From NCBI GenBank assembly GCA_965178125.1, contig OZ237748.1, positions 620,001 through 684,000 on the forward strand: 64,000 nucleotides of DNA, in the 5' to 3' direction. Numbering within the stretch: position 1 is the first letter of the stretch; the number at the start of each line of letters is the position of its first letter. The position numbers and the translations under genes are program-made. Below, one piece after another: positions 26,088-37,596 of the stretch. The DNA is from Bilabrum cf. latius. Lineage: Eukaryota. Under the pieces are notes generated by a model. The model did no database searches, was not told the DNA's origin, and worked only from the letters and a program-made list of their open reading frames with translations.

Positions 26088-28810
26088 TCAGAGCCGCTGC
26101 TACTCCGCCTCTTCGAGCCCCTCCAGCACCCCTTGTTCCCCGCCGAGTCCCTTGCCCTAGGGCCCCTCCCCCACCTCCTTCTCTTTCTCTTTCTCTTTCT
26201 CCTTCTCTTTCTCCTTCTCCTTCTCCTTCGACTGCGAGCTCTTGCCCGCCTGAATCTTGCCCTCTCTTGCCCCTGCCTCTGCCCCGCCCAGGCAACCGTG
26301 CGCCTTCTAGGCCACCGACTCGGGCATCACCTTCATCGCCAGACACGCCCCGATCAGCAAGAAAAACAGAACATTCGCCCAGAACACAAAGGCGCCAAGC
26401 GACTCGCGAAGACGCTCCTGACCCCCCAGGTCATCAAAGGCCGCCTGCTGCTCCGCCAGCACCGACTCGAACGAGGAAGGCACCATCAGGACCGGAGTCA
26501 GTGTGACGAGCAACACAACCGCGGACACCTGCTCCAGCCGGTTCTCCAAGACGGTCTTGAGAGGCTGACACAGAGCGATGGCCCACAGGTTTGCCACAAC
26601 CACCAGAACCGCCACCGTGGTCTGCATGGATGCCCCCACCGGCCTGAGAGCCGCCCCCATCACGGCCAGCAGCCCCTTCCGCAGCATCGCCACGCTCTCC
26701 CAGAACGGCGCATGGGCCGCATAGCTGGACGTCATGTAGCTCATCTGGTACCTGCTGCGGGGGGACCGCATCCTCCGCTTGCACACGGCCAGCCCCAGTC
26801 CAAGGGGTACCCCGAGAGAGAACAGCACCAGGGTCAACAGACCCACGGTGGCACGCAGACCCACAGTATAGTCGCACCGCACGTCAAGGTCTGCAGCCAG
26901 CCGCGACTGGAACGCCCGCCCCGTCCATCCCCCTCCGTCGCGTCCGTGGGGCTTGTCCCTGGCCCCACGGGCTGGCACACGAGCAGCTGCATGGCCTGCG
27001 TGGTCACAAAGATCGCCGTGGACGACAGGATCACGCGGTCCTTGAGACTCGGCCAGTAGGCTCCATCGGTACCACCGATCGGGGGCGCAGATGCAGACAA
27101 CTCGGGCATCTTGGTGCCAGCCGATCCACCAACAACTGCCGCAGCGCCTATCACCGGGCTGGCAGCACCCTCGGGCTTGTCGCTCCTGCCCGCCAGGTGC
27201 CTCAGCGGATTGGAGGACGCGAATGACGCCCCTCGCATCGCGGATGGACCCGTCGTGGCCACACGTCCTGCACCTGCCCCGCCGCCGATGCTGGTGCTCC
27301 TCTGGATGGTCACGGGGGCCGTCGTCTTCACATTCCTCTCCTTGTCCTCCTCCTCCCCCTTGCTTCCCGCTCCCAACTAGCCCGACAGAGCCCCCGCCAC
27401 GCCATCCTGCTGCACCTCCTGCCCCGCCACCACCCTAAGTACCAACTCGGGCAGCCCACAGCACGCCAGCGCCGCGAAACCCACCAGCAGCAGCGGCAAG
27501 ATTGCAGCCATGACCACTCGCAGCAACACGGGGAAATCCTCCAGCTCGATCCCGTCCATCGGATCCGCCTCTCGATCCACGTTCGAGAAGGCGATGCAGT
27601 CCGGTGACGCCAGATCCACGCCAGCCGAAGTACCCGTGTCCGACACGGCAAACAGATCAAGGAAACCCTTGGGCCAGTCCGCCACTACGGTGCTCGAGAT
27701 AGACACAACCTGCACGTGGCCAAGCACGATCCTCACGATGCCCAGGGGGGACCCTTTCTCCTCCTCCTTCACCTCCCCATCGCCTGTCCCCGACTAGTCA
27801 ACAACCTCCGTCGCACTCCTTCCCATGGCGTCCCGATGCGCCAGCAGCAGTAGAGCGCCCAGCCCCAGCACAATCAGCAGCCCCCCGCCGATCACCTGCA
27901 GCGCCGACAGCCCAGGCCGACACACCGTACAGCTCCCATCCACGCTCAGACTGTATCGCGCCGCGCACTGCGCGCACAGCACCCCTGCATGGTTGTCCCT
28001 GCACCCCTCCACCTGGCTCACGTTCACCGTCAGCAGTTGTCCCTGCACCCCTCCACCTGGCTCACGTTGACCGTCAGCAGCCCGTCCTCAGGCCCGCACT
28101 CGGGCAGCGTCAGCTCGATCCACCTGTCGACCAGTCCTTGGTTTGCGCTGCCCGTGGCCCTCTGCAGCTCGTTGCGGCCCAGCTGCTCGTCCACTTCCAG
28201 GATCTCGTCACACCGCAGCTCGTACACAGACACGTCCTGCCTCTACCCACACCCGAATCCGCCGCACTGCAGGGGATTCGGGCATGGCGCGAATGGCAGC
28301 GGGTCCCCGCTCACGTTGTGCAGGTACCTCTTGGAGGGGCTAGCCGCCGCACTGTGCGACCTGCCCCGTCCCATTACCCGATGCTACGCCCAGCCTTACG
28401 AGCCACGGGACAAGGCCGGCACTGCTGCTGCTCCAGCCCCCCTTGCTGGTCCAGGTACTCGCTTGCCTGGCACGAGTCCCGGATGGCAGCCGACGTCATC
28501 GTCCACAATGCCTTGTCAGCGTCCCCACCCTCAGGCACTCCGGCCACGGCAACAGACACAGGACCCTCCGCCCAGTCCAGCCGGGGCAGCTGCACCTCTG
28601 CCTGGAAGACCGACACGGGGAAGTTTCCACCAATGCCGCGCAGAGAAGCGAGCGCTTCCCGAATCTGCTCCTCCTCCGTGGCATTCATGGGCCCCCCTCC
28701 GGCTGTTGTGGTGCTGCTGGTATTGGCCACAAAAGAGCCGTTGGGCTGCAGCAGATGCAGGAGGTACAGCTGTCAAGGGATATCGCGGATGCCGTGCATC
28801 CGATCACCTG
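26088..28810 (-). pseudogene. Cys-rich ectodomain, multi-pass membrane protein gene with several apparent frameshifts (pseudogene or assembly indels)
   Basis: CRPCP, CPNPLQCGG, GCRDNHAGVLCAQCAARYSLSVDGSCTVC, then hydrophobic helices (IVRIVLGHVQVVS, SRLAADLDVRC, PFWESVAMLRKGLL, ENRLEQVS). TAGs at 27794, 27377 and 26307 join the ORFs; frame changes near 28390, 28035 and 26950; TGA at 26088. Confidence 0.65.
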
Positions 28811-29016
28811 CTGCAGCACGGGACAGTGCACCGCGACCTCATCCTTAACCTTACCAACGTGATGTGGGGTGGAACTCCAAGGGGGGCCTCGGGCCATGGG
28901 GTTGGCTGGTACTAACTGAGGATAAGCTGGGCTGGAATTCGAAGGTGCTGGTCCAAAAGTAGCTACCCGTAGAATAATTCAAAAACGAAATAAGAATCGG
29001 GATGATAGACTACTCG

Positions 29017-30870
29017 TCACATGTACTCATCCGCGAAATCCAGAGCTCCATCGTCGTCCTCCTCCTCCTCCTCCTCCTCCTCTTCTTCCTCCCCATCATC
29101 ATCATCCCCACCCTCCGCTGCTGCACCCCCAGGCTCTGCCCCTCTGGCCAGCCCCCTCGCCCTCGCCCAAGCCTCTTCCTTCGCCACAAACACCAGGGCA
29201 CGTTTCTGCGGCTTCCAGCTCGCGTCTGGTGGCCCCATCGGGGAGGCGCCCGGCGGGGGAACAAGCACGGTCTGCTCGGACACGTGCTCCGCCAGCTGCC
29301 TCATCTGCCTGCAGGCACCCTCACACTGGCCCGCCACGACCACGTCGCGGCCCCGGGGATCGAGTCCCATAGGGACGAGGACAGCCGGCGGCGGGGCTCC
29401 TCCAGGGGAAGCCGCCGCTTTTTTCTTTTCTGCGTCGGGGCCGGAGCCGGCGCTCTCATCCGTCGCAGCGGCTCCGGATCCACTCGCCGCGCCCTCCGCT
29501 TCCGATGGGGGGGGAAGCGGGACTGCCTCCAGCGGCGCCGCGACGATGGACCGGGCAAGTTCCGCAGCCATGGCCAGGCACTCGGCGTGCATGTCTCCCA
29601 GCGGGCCATCTGGCACCCCTGCGCCTGCACCACCGTGCGATGCACCCTTCAGGCCAACCCTCTCCATGCCCCGTTCCAGATCGCCCTGGTCCGTCCTGTT
29701 CCGCAGAGCGCAGAACACCTTCCCCACCAGCCTGCCCCCGCGGAACAGCACGGTCCCGCTGCAGGTCCGGATCAAGCCGTCCGCCATGGCCATGGCTTGC
29801 TGCGCCCCCGCCATGCGCTGGGGGGACGGGTCCCTCGCCGCTGCGGTGCGGGCTGCTTCCGTGACCGAGTTGCGGAACCAACGGGCGTACGCGGCGCCGG
29901 GGCCGGCCACGGCCAGCCACCAGTCTGCCTCTGGTGGGGCGCGCGGCGCCGCCAGAGGTTCCGCAACGGAGTCGCCGCCGGCAATGGGACGCAGCGGCTG
30001 CGCGGGTCCTGCGCCTGCGCCTGCTGCTGTTGTGCTTGCGGATGCAGAGGAAGATGAGGATGAGGGTGAAGCGCTGGTGCTGCTGGCAGCAACATCATCG
30101 GGTATGGCAGCAGCGGCAGCAGCAGCAGCAGCATCGGGCGGGACCGTGAACATCCGAAGCAGGCCAGGCATGGCCGCGCTGGTCTGCGGGTCCGTGCGCT
30201 CCGTGAACAAATCCATCGCCGTGTCGTCTTCGAGGTACTTAGCCGCGCGTTCGGCAGAAGGAAATAATCGTAAAATTACCATGACCATGCCGTTGTCTGA
30301 GGGCCGCCGGAAGCGAGAGACTACCTGCCGCTGGCACCTCTGCTCCCACGCGGCAGCGTCTCGCATCTCGGTTGGGGGAGCGGACACGCGCTCCAGGAGC
30401 TCAAAGCCCCGGCATAGTTCCTAAGGAGTCTTTCTATCACTTGACGCGTCTTCGCTGCCTGCTTTACCGATGGTAAGCTTGTTCGGTTCTGCGAGCAGAA
30501 TTTGATCGCATGGCAGCTCCCACCTGTGGCTCTCCAACACGTCGCCAAGCATCCCTCGTACGTGCGCACCGAGAAGATCCATATCGAGTAGAAGATACAA
30601 CGCTGAGTTAGGGTTCGAAACGGAGGAAGTGCGCGTAATTCGAAGCGCGGAAGACAAGGCAAGTGCTCCTCGTTCGGAATCGACATGACATTCTCCGGCC
30701 TCATGTACCCCATCCTTTGGATCCGTAGCAGGGCGGCTCAAAGATATAACTATGTTCGATGGCACTTTGAGCTCCCGCTGAGGTGCACCGATCATCTTCT
30801 TGCCATCCGTGGCAGCAGGGCCAATCCGCGGCAGCAGGGATGATACGGCGCGTCCAAAAATCTATGTTCG
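29017..30870 (-). CDS. Hypothetical protein, last exon about 617 codons, acidic C-terminal tail; 5' exon(s) unresolved
   Basis: ORFs 30795-30421 and 30387-29017 share a frame and are joined through TAG 30421. A putative CAG acceptor lies at 30873-30871; TGA stop. Confidence 0.6.
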
Positions 30871-31986
30871 CTGCGAACCAGTGGGCTCAATTCAAGATTG
30901 CGGTCTGGAGATGCACCAAAACTTGGCGAGATTTTTCTGTGTAGCGGTTGGAGGACGTCGTATCCCAGGTGAGAAGAATGGCCAGGTACAAGCAAAGGCA
31001 TGAGAACTCTGGAACCAGTGCAACCGTTCAAGCTGAACGTATCATCACCCTTGCGTGTCGCAGGACGTCCTAGGGCATCACATTTAGTAGGAAAAGAGCA
31101 AGCCCATGAGCGTCTCCTTAGATGGGTGGCTTGGTAGGCCGCAACTGGTTGGGCTGTCGTACAGCTTGGTCAACGATGGTGTGAAAGGTGATACTACCCC
31201 GCATGCTGAGGCGCGGATTCGAGCGCAGCCTTTGATTCACGGCCACGCATGCGATTATGACTGGGTACGCAGCGTATTTCCGGTCGTTAAAGACCTCTCG
31301 TCGTTCGACCAGGGTGCATTTGCAGGGGCTGCCACCCACGTTTTGAAAGCTTCGCATGGTGCACAATCGCGGTATCAGCGATCATCTGGATCACACAGTG
31401 ATCGATCCAACATGATAATCGAGGCCGCGTCGCTTCGTGGAATGCGCGACCCTCGCACGCGCATGGATGCCTAGGAACGCCAAGCATTGAGTTTAGGCGA
31501 GCCAATCACATTCGCGTGCGATTGTATTTTGCAACTGTCGAGACATGGGCAGTCTGAAAGCGTGACATGGAAACTGGACTCCATTGTTGTTTGAGCAAAG
31601 AAGTTGATATTTAAGGCTTATAAATCAATGCAATATGCCAACGTCTTGGTAGGCAAGCTATGAAGTCATGCAAACTTAAATTCATATAAACCAATTACCA
31701 TCAATACTCACAGACCTATCCAAGACCCAAACATCCCAATCAATACGTACCACCCAGGCAAGTCAACACATGCAGTTGAATGCCATACGCTTGTAGTAAT
31801 AAACACTAATACAGAATGCACGCAGGCATATCTCGCCTCATAAAAGAAGCGAGCACGAACCATGCTATTAGTTAATCCTTATCGTGACTATAATATTGAC
31901 ATACAAGTCTCAAAATATAACTAAGCTCAGTAATGATGAGGTAACATGTTAGAAGCAATAACTTCTTATATAGCAATATGCTTAAA

Positions 31987-33440
31987 AATGAATGAGCCTT
32001 TACTGACTTCTGAGGAAATTAAGTATAGCTCATTTTTGAAAAAAATGGAATAGCACAAATTTGTGAGAGTTTTAAACATTGTCCATTGCCAAATATATTA
32101 AGCATCGCCGAACTGTACAGAACTAATTAAATTCAGATATGATCGGAATGGAGATAGGCGATTTGAGAAGTGAGTATCAGAGTTGCTATGTTTAACGCAA
32201 GGAGCCTTGTCCTTTACAGAATTACGAGTGTATTCTATAGTGGCAACTCGAAGTTTCAATCGTATTATTATGAGGAGTGGTGCTCGAGCAATGGTTCTTC
32301 GATCTGGGTTAGGATACTCTAAGGCCTAAGCATCGACACACAAAATAGACAATGAGGATTGAATGAAGCCTTCGGGAATCGGGACTCACAAGCGATCCAT
32401 TAAAAACCATTACTTGTAAATTACAGAATGATATATTGAATAGATTTGAGAACTTCAAACGAGATTTTCAACTAATTCGCATCAAATCATAATTGCAATT
32501 ACGATTAATTGTTTAATACTTCATGAAATGTAGACTTTGAGAATCGGATCAAGCGAATCATCAGAATGATACTTCAAAATGAATAGCATAATCAAATCAA
32601 GTAACTTTTCAGATCGAGCCTTGTTCTGCATGTTAAATCTGTCTGGATTTCTATGAAAATGTAGCGCCAGAAAAAACTTAGTCGGGATTGTAGAGTTATC
32701 AGATCAAAGATTCTTAATTTGTCCACAAAAATATCGTGTCCGCAAGAACAGTCTTGGAGCAGCAATCAATGATTGAAGACTAAATGACTATGCTTAAAAC
32801 TGCAATAAAAAACATAATGGTTGGCCATAGCTTTGCTTTAGTTGTGTAAGAGACGGCAGTGGTACGAACCGAAATGCTTCGTTGGTTACCACAATTCAGG
32901 CACTTTGACTATCATGTTGTGTTAACATTTGATACTTTTGAAAGCCGATTTGTAGCAATATACTTCCAGTCTTTGGTCGTTTCCTGAACATAATGGGGAG
33001 GGGGTTTTCCAGGATGTACTCCATGTTTCAGGACGTCAATGCATTCCACATATCACAGTAATCCATTTACACAGCATCAAATATTTCGAGTAAGAATGTG
33101 ATGGTATGAATGAATCTGATCGAAAAAATATTTGTCCAACCGTTTTGCTTTCGCGTACAGCCAAGTAGTCAACGGATTGCCTCATTCCAGCTACCTACGC
33201 TTGTACCGAGGCTGACATAAAACCAAACTGTCAAATGCAAACCAGCATGTACTAGTTTAGACTCTTAAGTATAGTAGACTTGAGCTGAGACGTCGGTATA
33301 GAGAGCTACCATAAATTGGATGATATTCAGCAGAACGAAGGCAAGCTGGAAATGATTGTTTACGGCCATTATGTATCATCCAACAACAACGTTGCATACA
33401 TGGAAACTGCAGATTTAAGACATGATCATATATATATATG
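31987..33440. repeat. AT-rich segment, copy 1 of a diverged segmental duplication
   Basis: Aligns by eye with 35139-36912 (for example AATGAATGAGCCTTTACTGACTTCT and GTACGAACCGAAATGCTTCGTTGG); both copies run into 19-bp satellite. Confidence 0.85.
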
Positions 33441-34857
33441 TATGGCCTCGCTGGCCTAGCATGGCCTCACTTGCCCACAATCACCTCCCTGGCCCAGAAT
33501 AGTCTCCCCTGCCCAGTATGGCATCCCTGGCCCTTAATCGCCTCACCGGCCCAGATTGGCCTCCCAGGCCCAGAATGGCCTCACTGGCCCAGATTCACCT
33601 CCCTGGCCCAAAATGGCCTCCCTGGCTCAGAATGGCCACCCTGGTCCAGAATCACCTCCCTGGCTCAAAATGACCACGCTGGTCCAGAATCACCTCCCTG
33701 GCCCAGAATGGCCTCCCTGGCGCAGAATTGCATTCCTGGCTCAGAATGGCCTCCCTGGCCCAGAATCACTTCCCTGAAACATCATCGGTCTCCCTGCCCA
33801 AGAATGGCCTGCCTGGCTCATAACGGCCTAGAATGGCCTCACTGACCCAGATTCACCTCCCTGGCCCAAAATGGCCTCCCTGGCCCAGATTGACCTCCCT
33901 TGCCCAGAATCGCGTCCCTGGCCCAGATTCACCTCCCTGTCCCAGATTCACCTCCCTGTCCCAGATTCACCTTTCTGTCCCAGAATGGTCTCCCTGGCCC
34001 AGAATGGCCTCCCTGGCCCAGAATGGCCTCCCTGGCCCAGAATCACCTCACTGGCCCAGAATGGTCTCCCTGGCCCAGAATGGCCTCACTGGCCCAGAAT
34101 GGCCTCACTGGCCCAGAATGGCCTCCCAGGCCCAGAATGGCCTCCCTGGCCCAGAATGGCCTCCCTGCTCCAGAATGGCCTCCCTGGCCCAGAAAGGCCT
34201 CCCTGGCCCAGAATCGCCTCCCTGGCCCAGAATCGCCTCCCTGGCCCAGAATGGCCTCACTGGCCCAGAATCACCTCACTGGCTCAGAATGGCCTCCCTG
34301 GCCCAGAATGGCCTCACTGGCCTAGCATGGCCCAGAATGGCCTCACTGGTCCAGAATGGCCTCCCAGGCCCAGAATGGCCTCCCTGGCCCAGGATGGCCT
34401 CCCTGGCCCAGAATGGCCTCCCTGGCCCAGAATGGCCTCCCTGGCCCAGAATGGTCTCCCTGGCCCAGAATGGCCTCACTGGCCCAGAATGGCCTCACTG
34501 GCCCAGAATGGCCTCACTGGATCAGAATCGCCTCACTGGATCAGAATCGCCTCACTGGCCCAGATTGGCCTCCCTGGCCCAGATTGGCCTCCCTGGCCCA
34601 GAATGGCCCAGCATGGCCTCCCTGGCCCAGAATCACCTCATTGGCCCAAGATGGTCTCACTGGCCTACATGCTCCAGAATGGCTTCACTGGCCCAGAATG
34701 GCCTCCCTGGTCCAGAATGGCCTCCCAGAGGCCCAGAATGGCCTCCGTGGCCCAGAATGGCCTCCTGGTCCAGAATGGCCTCCCTGGCCCAGAATCGCTC
34801 AGAATCGCCGTCTTGTCCCAGAATCGCCTCCTTGGCCCAGAATCGCCTTCCTGGCGC
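33440..34857 (+). repeat. 19-bp satellite array, consensus CTGGCCCAGAATGGCCTCC
   Basis: Direct reading; the 19-aa periodicity of the ORF translations (SLAQNGLPGPEWPPWPRMA) equals 3 x 19 nt. Confidence 0.95.
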
Positions 34858-35138
34858 TGTGCAGCCGATCGGGTCAAGGATGGCCTACCAAACCCAGAGA
34901 CAATCAATATCGGGGTCACTGAGATAATTTCCGACTAGGGAAGCAATTCTGCGCCAGATGCGATTCGGTTGATTCATCACTCAGTTCGAGTCGGTGAAGA
35001 AGGAGCGTCTCAGTCGATTTCATACTGCCTATTCAAAAATCTCTGTTCATCGCAGGACCGCAATCTTGCTAGGCATGCGCAAAAAATGAGGGCACCACTC
35101 GTCCTACGGCAAAGCGCAGAAATACCAACGTGCTCAGA

Positions 35139-36912
35139 AATGAATGAGCCTTTACTGACTTCTAAGGAAATCAAGTATAGCTCATCCTTGAACACAATAG
35201 AATAGCACAAATTTGTGAGAGTTTCAAGCATTGTCCATTGCCAAAAATATTAAGCATCGCCGAGCTGTTCAGGACTAACAAAATTTAGATACGATCGGAA
35301 TGAAGATAGGCGTGATTCTGGCGTTTTGGGGAGTAACTACCAGAGTTTCTTGACGATATGTTTAACGCAAGGTTAAGGAGCCTTGTCCTTTCCAGAACTA
35401 CGAGTGTGATCTATAGTGGCAACTTGATGTTTCAATCGTGTTTTTTCGCGCACAACAGCAACATCTAAAAGGTTCGCTTTTTCAATAAGCATAGTCATTC
35501 AAGCTTCAATCCTTAATTGCTGTTCAAAGACTGGTCTTGCAGACACGATATTTTCGCGTACAAATTGAGAATCTTTGATCTGACGACTGTACGATCCCGA
35601 CTAAGTTGTTTGAGGCGCCTCTTTTTCGTAGAAATCTAGACAAATTTAACAGACAGAACAAGGCTGGTTCTGAAAAGCTAATTGAATCGACACTTTTTTC
35701 GCAACTCAAAAGGCTAAGAAAGATTCAATGATTATGCTATTTATTTAGGAATATTATTCTGATGATTTGCTTGATCCGATTCTCAAAATCTACATTTCAT
35801 AAAGTACTTATCAGCAACTCATAATTGCAATTATGATTTGATGCGAAATAGTTGGAAATCTCGTATGAATTTCTCAAATCTATTCGATATATATCATTCT
35901 GTAGTTTACAAGTTATGGTTTTTAATGGATCGCATGTGAGTCGCGATTCCCGGTTTCCGTAGCTCAAGGCTTCATTCAATCCCCATTGTCTATTTTATGT
36001 GTCGATGCTTAGGTACATTGATAGGCGCCAGCCGCATCTCGGATCCTTAGTATGCTAACCCAGATCGAAGAACCTTTCTCGAGCACCACTCCTCATAATA
36101 AAGAAAGACAAAATTTCATAAAATGAAATGGACTTTTGGCTGCACTCGTAACACTGCAATGAGGAACATAATGGTCGGCCATATCTTTGCTTTAGTTGTG
36201 TAAAAAAGAAAGAAACAAAATAGACGGCAGTGGTACGAACCGAAATGCTTCGTTGGATACCACAATTCAGGCGCTTTGACTATCATGTTATGTTAACATT
36301 TGATACGTGTTTAAATCGATTTGTAGCAATATACTTCCAGTCTTTGGTCGTTTCCTGAACATCATGGGGAGGGGGTTTTCCAGGATGTACTCCATGTTTC
36401 AGGACGTCATTGCATTCCACATATCACAGTAATCCATTTACACAGCATCAAATATTGGTATGAATGAATCTGATTGAGCAAATATTGGTCCAATCGTTTT
36501 GCTTTCGCGTACAGCCAATTTTGGTTTGCTATAGGAAGCAGGACCTAATGATCTTACTCAAGCAAACAGAAAGATAAATACAAGTTTCGAACATTAAATG
36601 GTTAATTGCAACACCAGCCAACGTCATTCCAGTAGTCAACGGATTGCCTTGACTCATTCCAGCTACCTACGCTTGTACCGAGGCTGACATAAAACCAAAC
36701 TGTCAAATGCAAACCAGCATGTACTAGTTTAGACTCTTAAGTATAGTAGACTTGAGCAGAGACGTCGGTATAGAGAGCTACCATAAATTGGGTGATATTC
36801 AGCAAAACGAAGGCAAGCTGGAAATGATTGTTTACGCCCATTATGTATTATCCAACAACGACATTGCATACATGGAAACTGCAGAATGAAGAGATGATCT
36901 GATGTATTTATG
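35139..36912. repeat. AT-rich segment, copy 2, with an internal inversion relative to copy 1
   Basis: Collinear with copy 1 at both ends; ~35478-36100 is the reverse complement of ~32262-32800. Confidence 0.85.
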
Positions 36913-36914
36913 TA

Positions 36915-37571
36915 TGGCCCCGTTGCCCCAACATGGCCTCCCTGGCCCAGAATGGCCTCCCCGGCCCAGAATGGTCTCCCTGGCCCAAAATGGCCTCACC
37001 AGCCCAGATTGGCCTCCCTGGCCCAGAATCGCCTCACCGGCCCAGATTGGCCTCCCTGGCCCAGAATGGCCTCACTGGCCCAGAATGGCCTCCCTGGCGC
37101 AGAATTGCATTCCTGGCCCAGAATGGCCTCCCTGGCCCACATTCGCCTCACTGGCCCAGAATGGCCTCCCTGGCCCAGATTCACCTCCCTGGCCCAAAAT
37201 GGCCGCCCAGCCCAGATTGGCCTCACTGGCCCAGATTCACCTCCCTGGCCAAGAATCACCTCCCTGGCCCAGATTGGCCTCCCTGCCCCATTAATGCCTG
37301 CCTGGCGCAGAATGCGCCTCCCTTGCATCCAGAATGGCCTCCCTGGCATCCAGAAGGGCCTCCCTGGCCCAGAATGGCCCACCTGGCCCAGATTCACCTC
37401 CATGGCCCAGATTGGCCTCCCTGGCCCACATTCGCCTCACTGGTCCAGAATGGCCTCACTGGCCCAGAATGGCCTGCCTGGGCCCAGAATGGCCTCCCTG
37501 GCCCACCCTGGCCCAGAATGGCCTCCCTGGCCCAGAATCGCCTCCTTGGCCCAGAATCGCCTTCCTGGCGC
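36915..37571 (+). repeat. 19-bp satellite array
   Basis: Same unit; ends with GGCCCAGAATCGCCTTCCTGGCGC, as does the 33.4-34.9 kb block. Confidence 0.95.
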
Positions 37572-37596
37572 AAACAAAAAAACAAAAAAGGCAACA

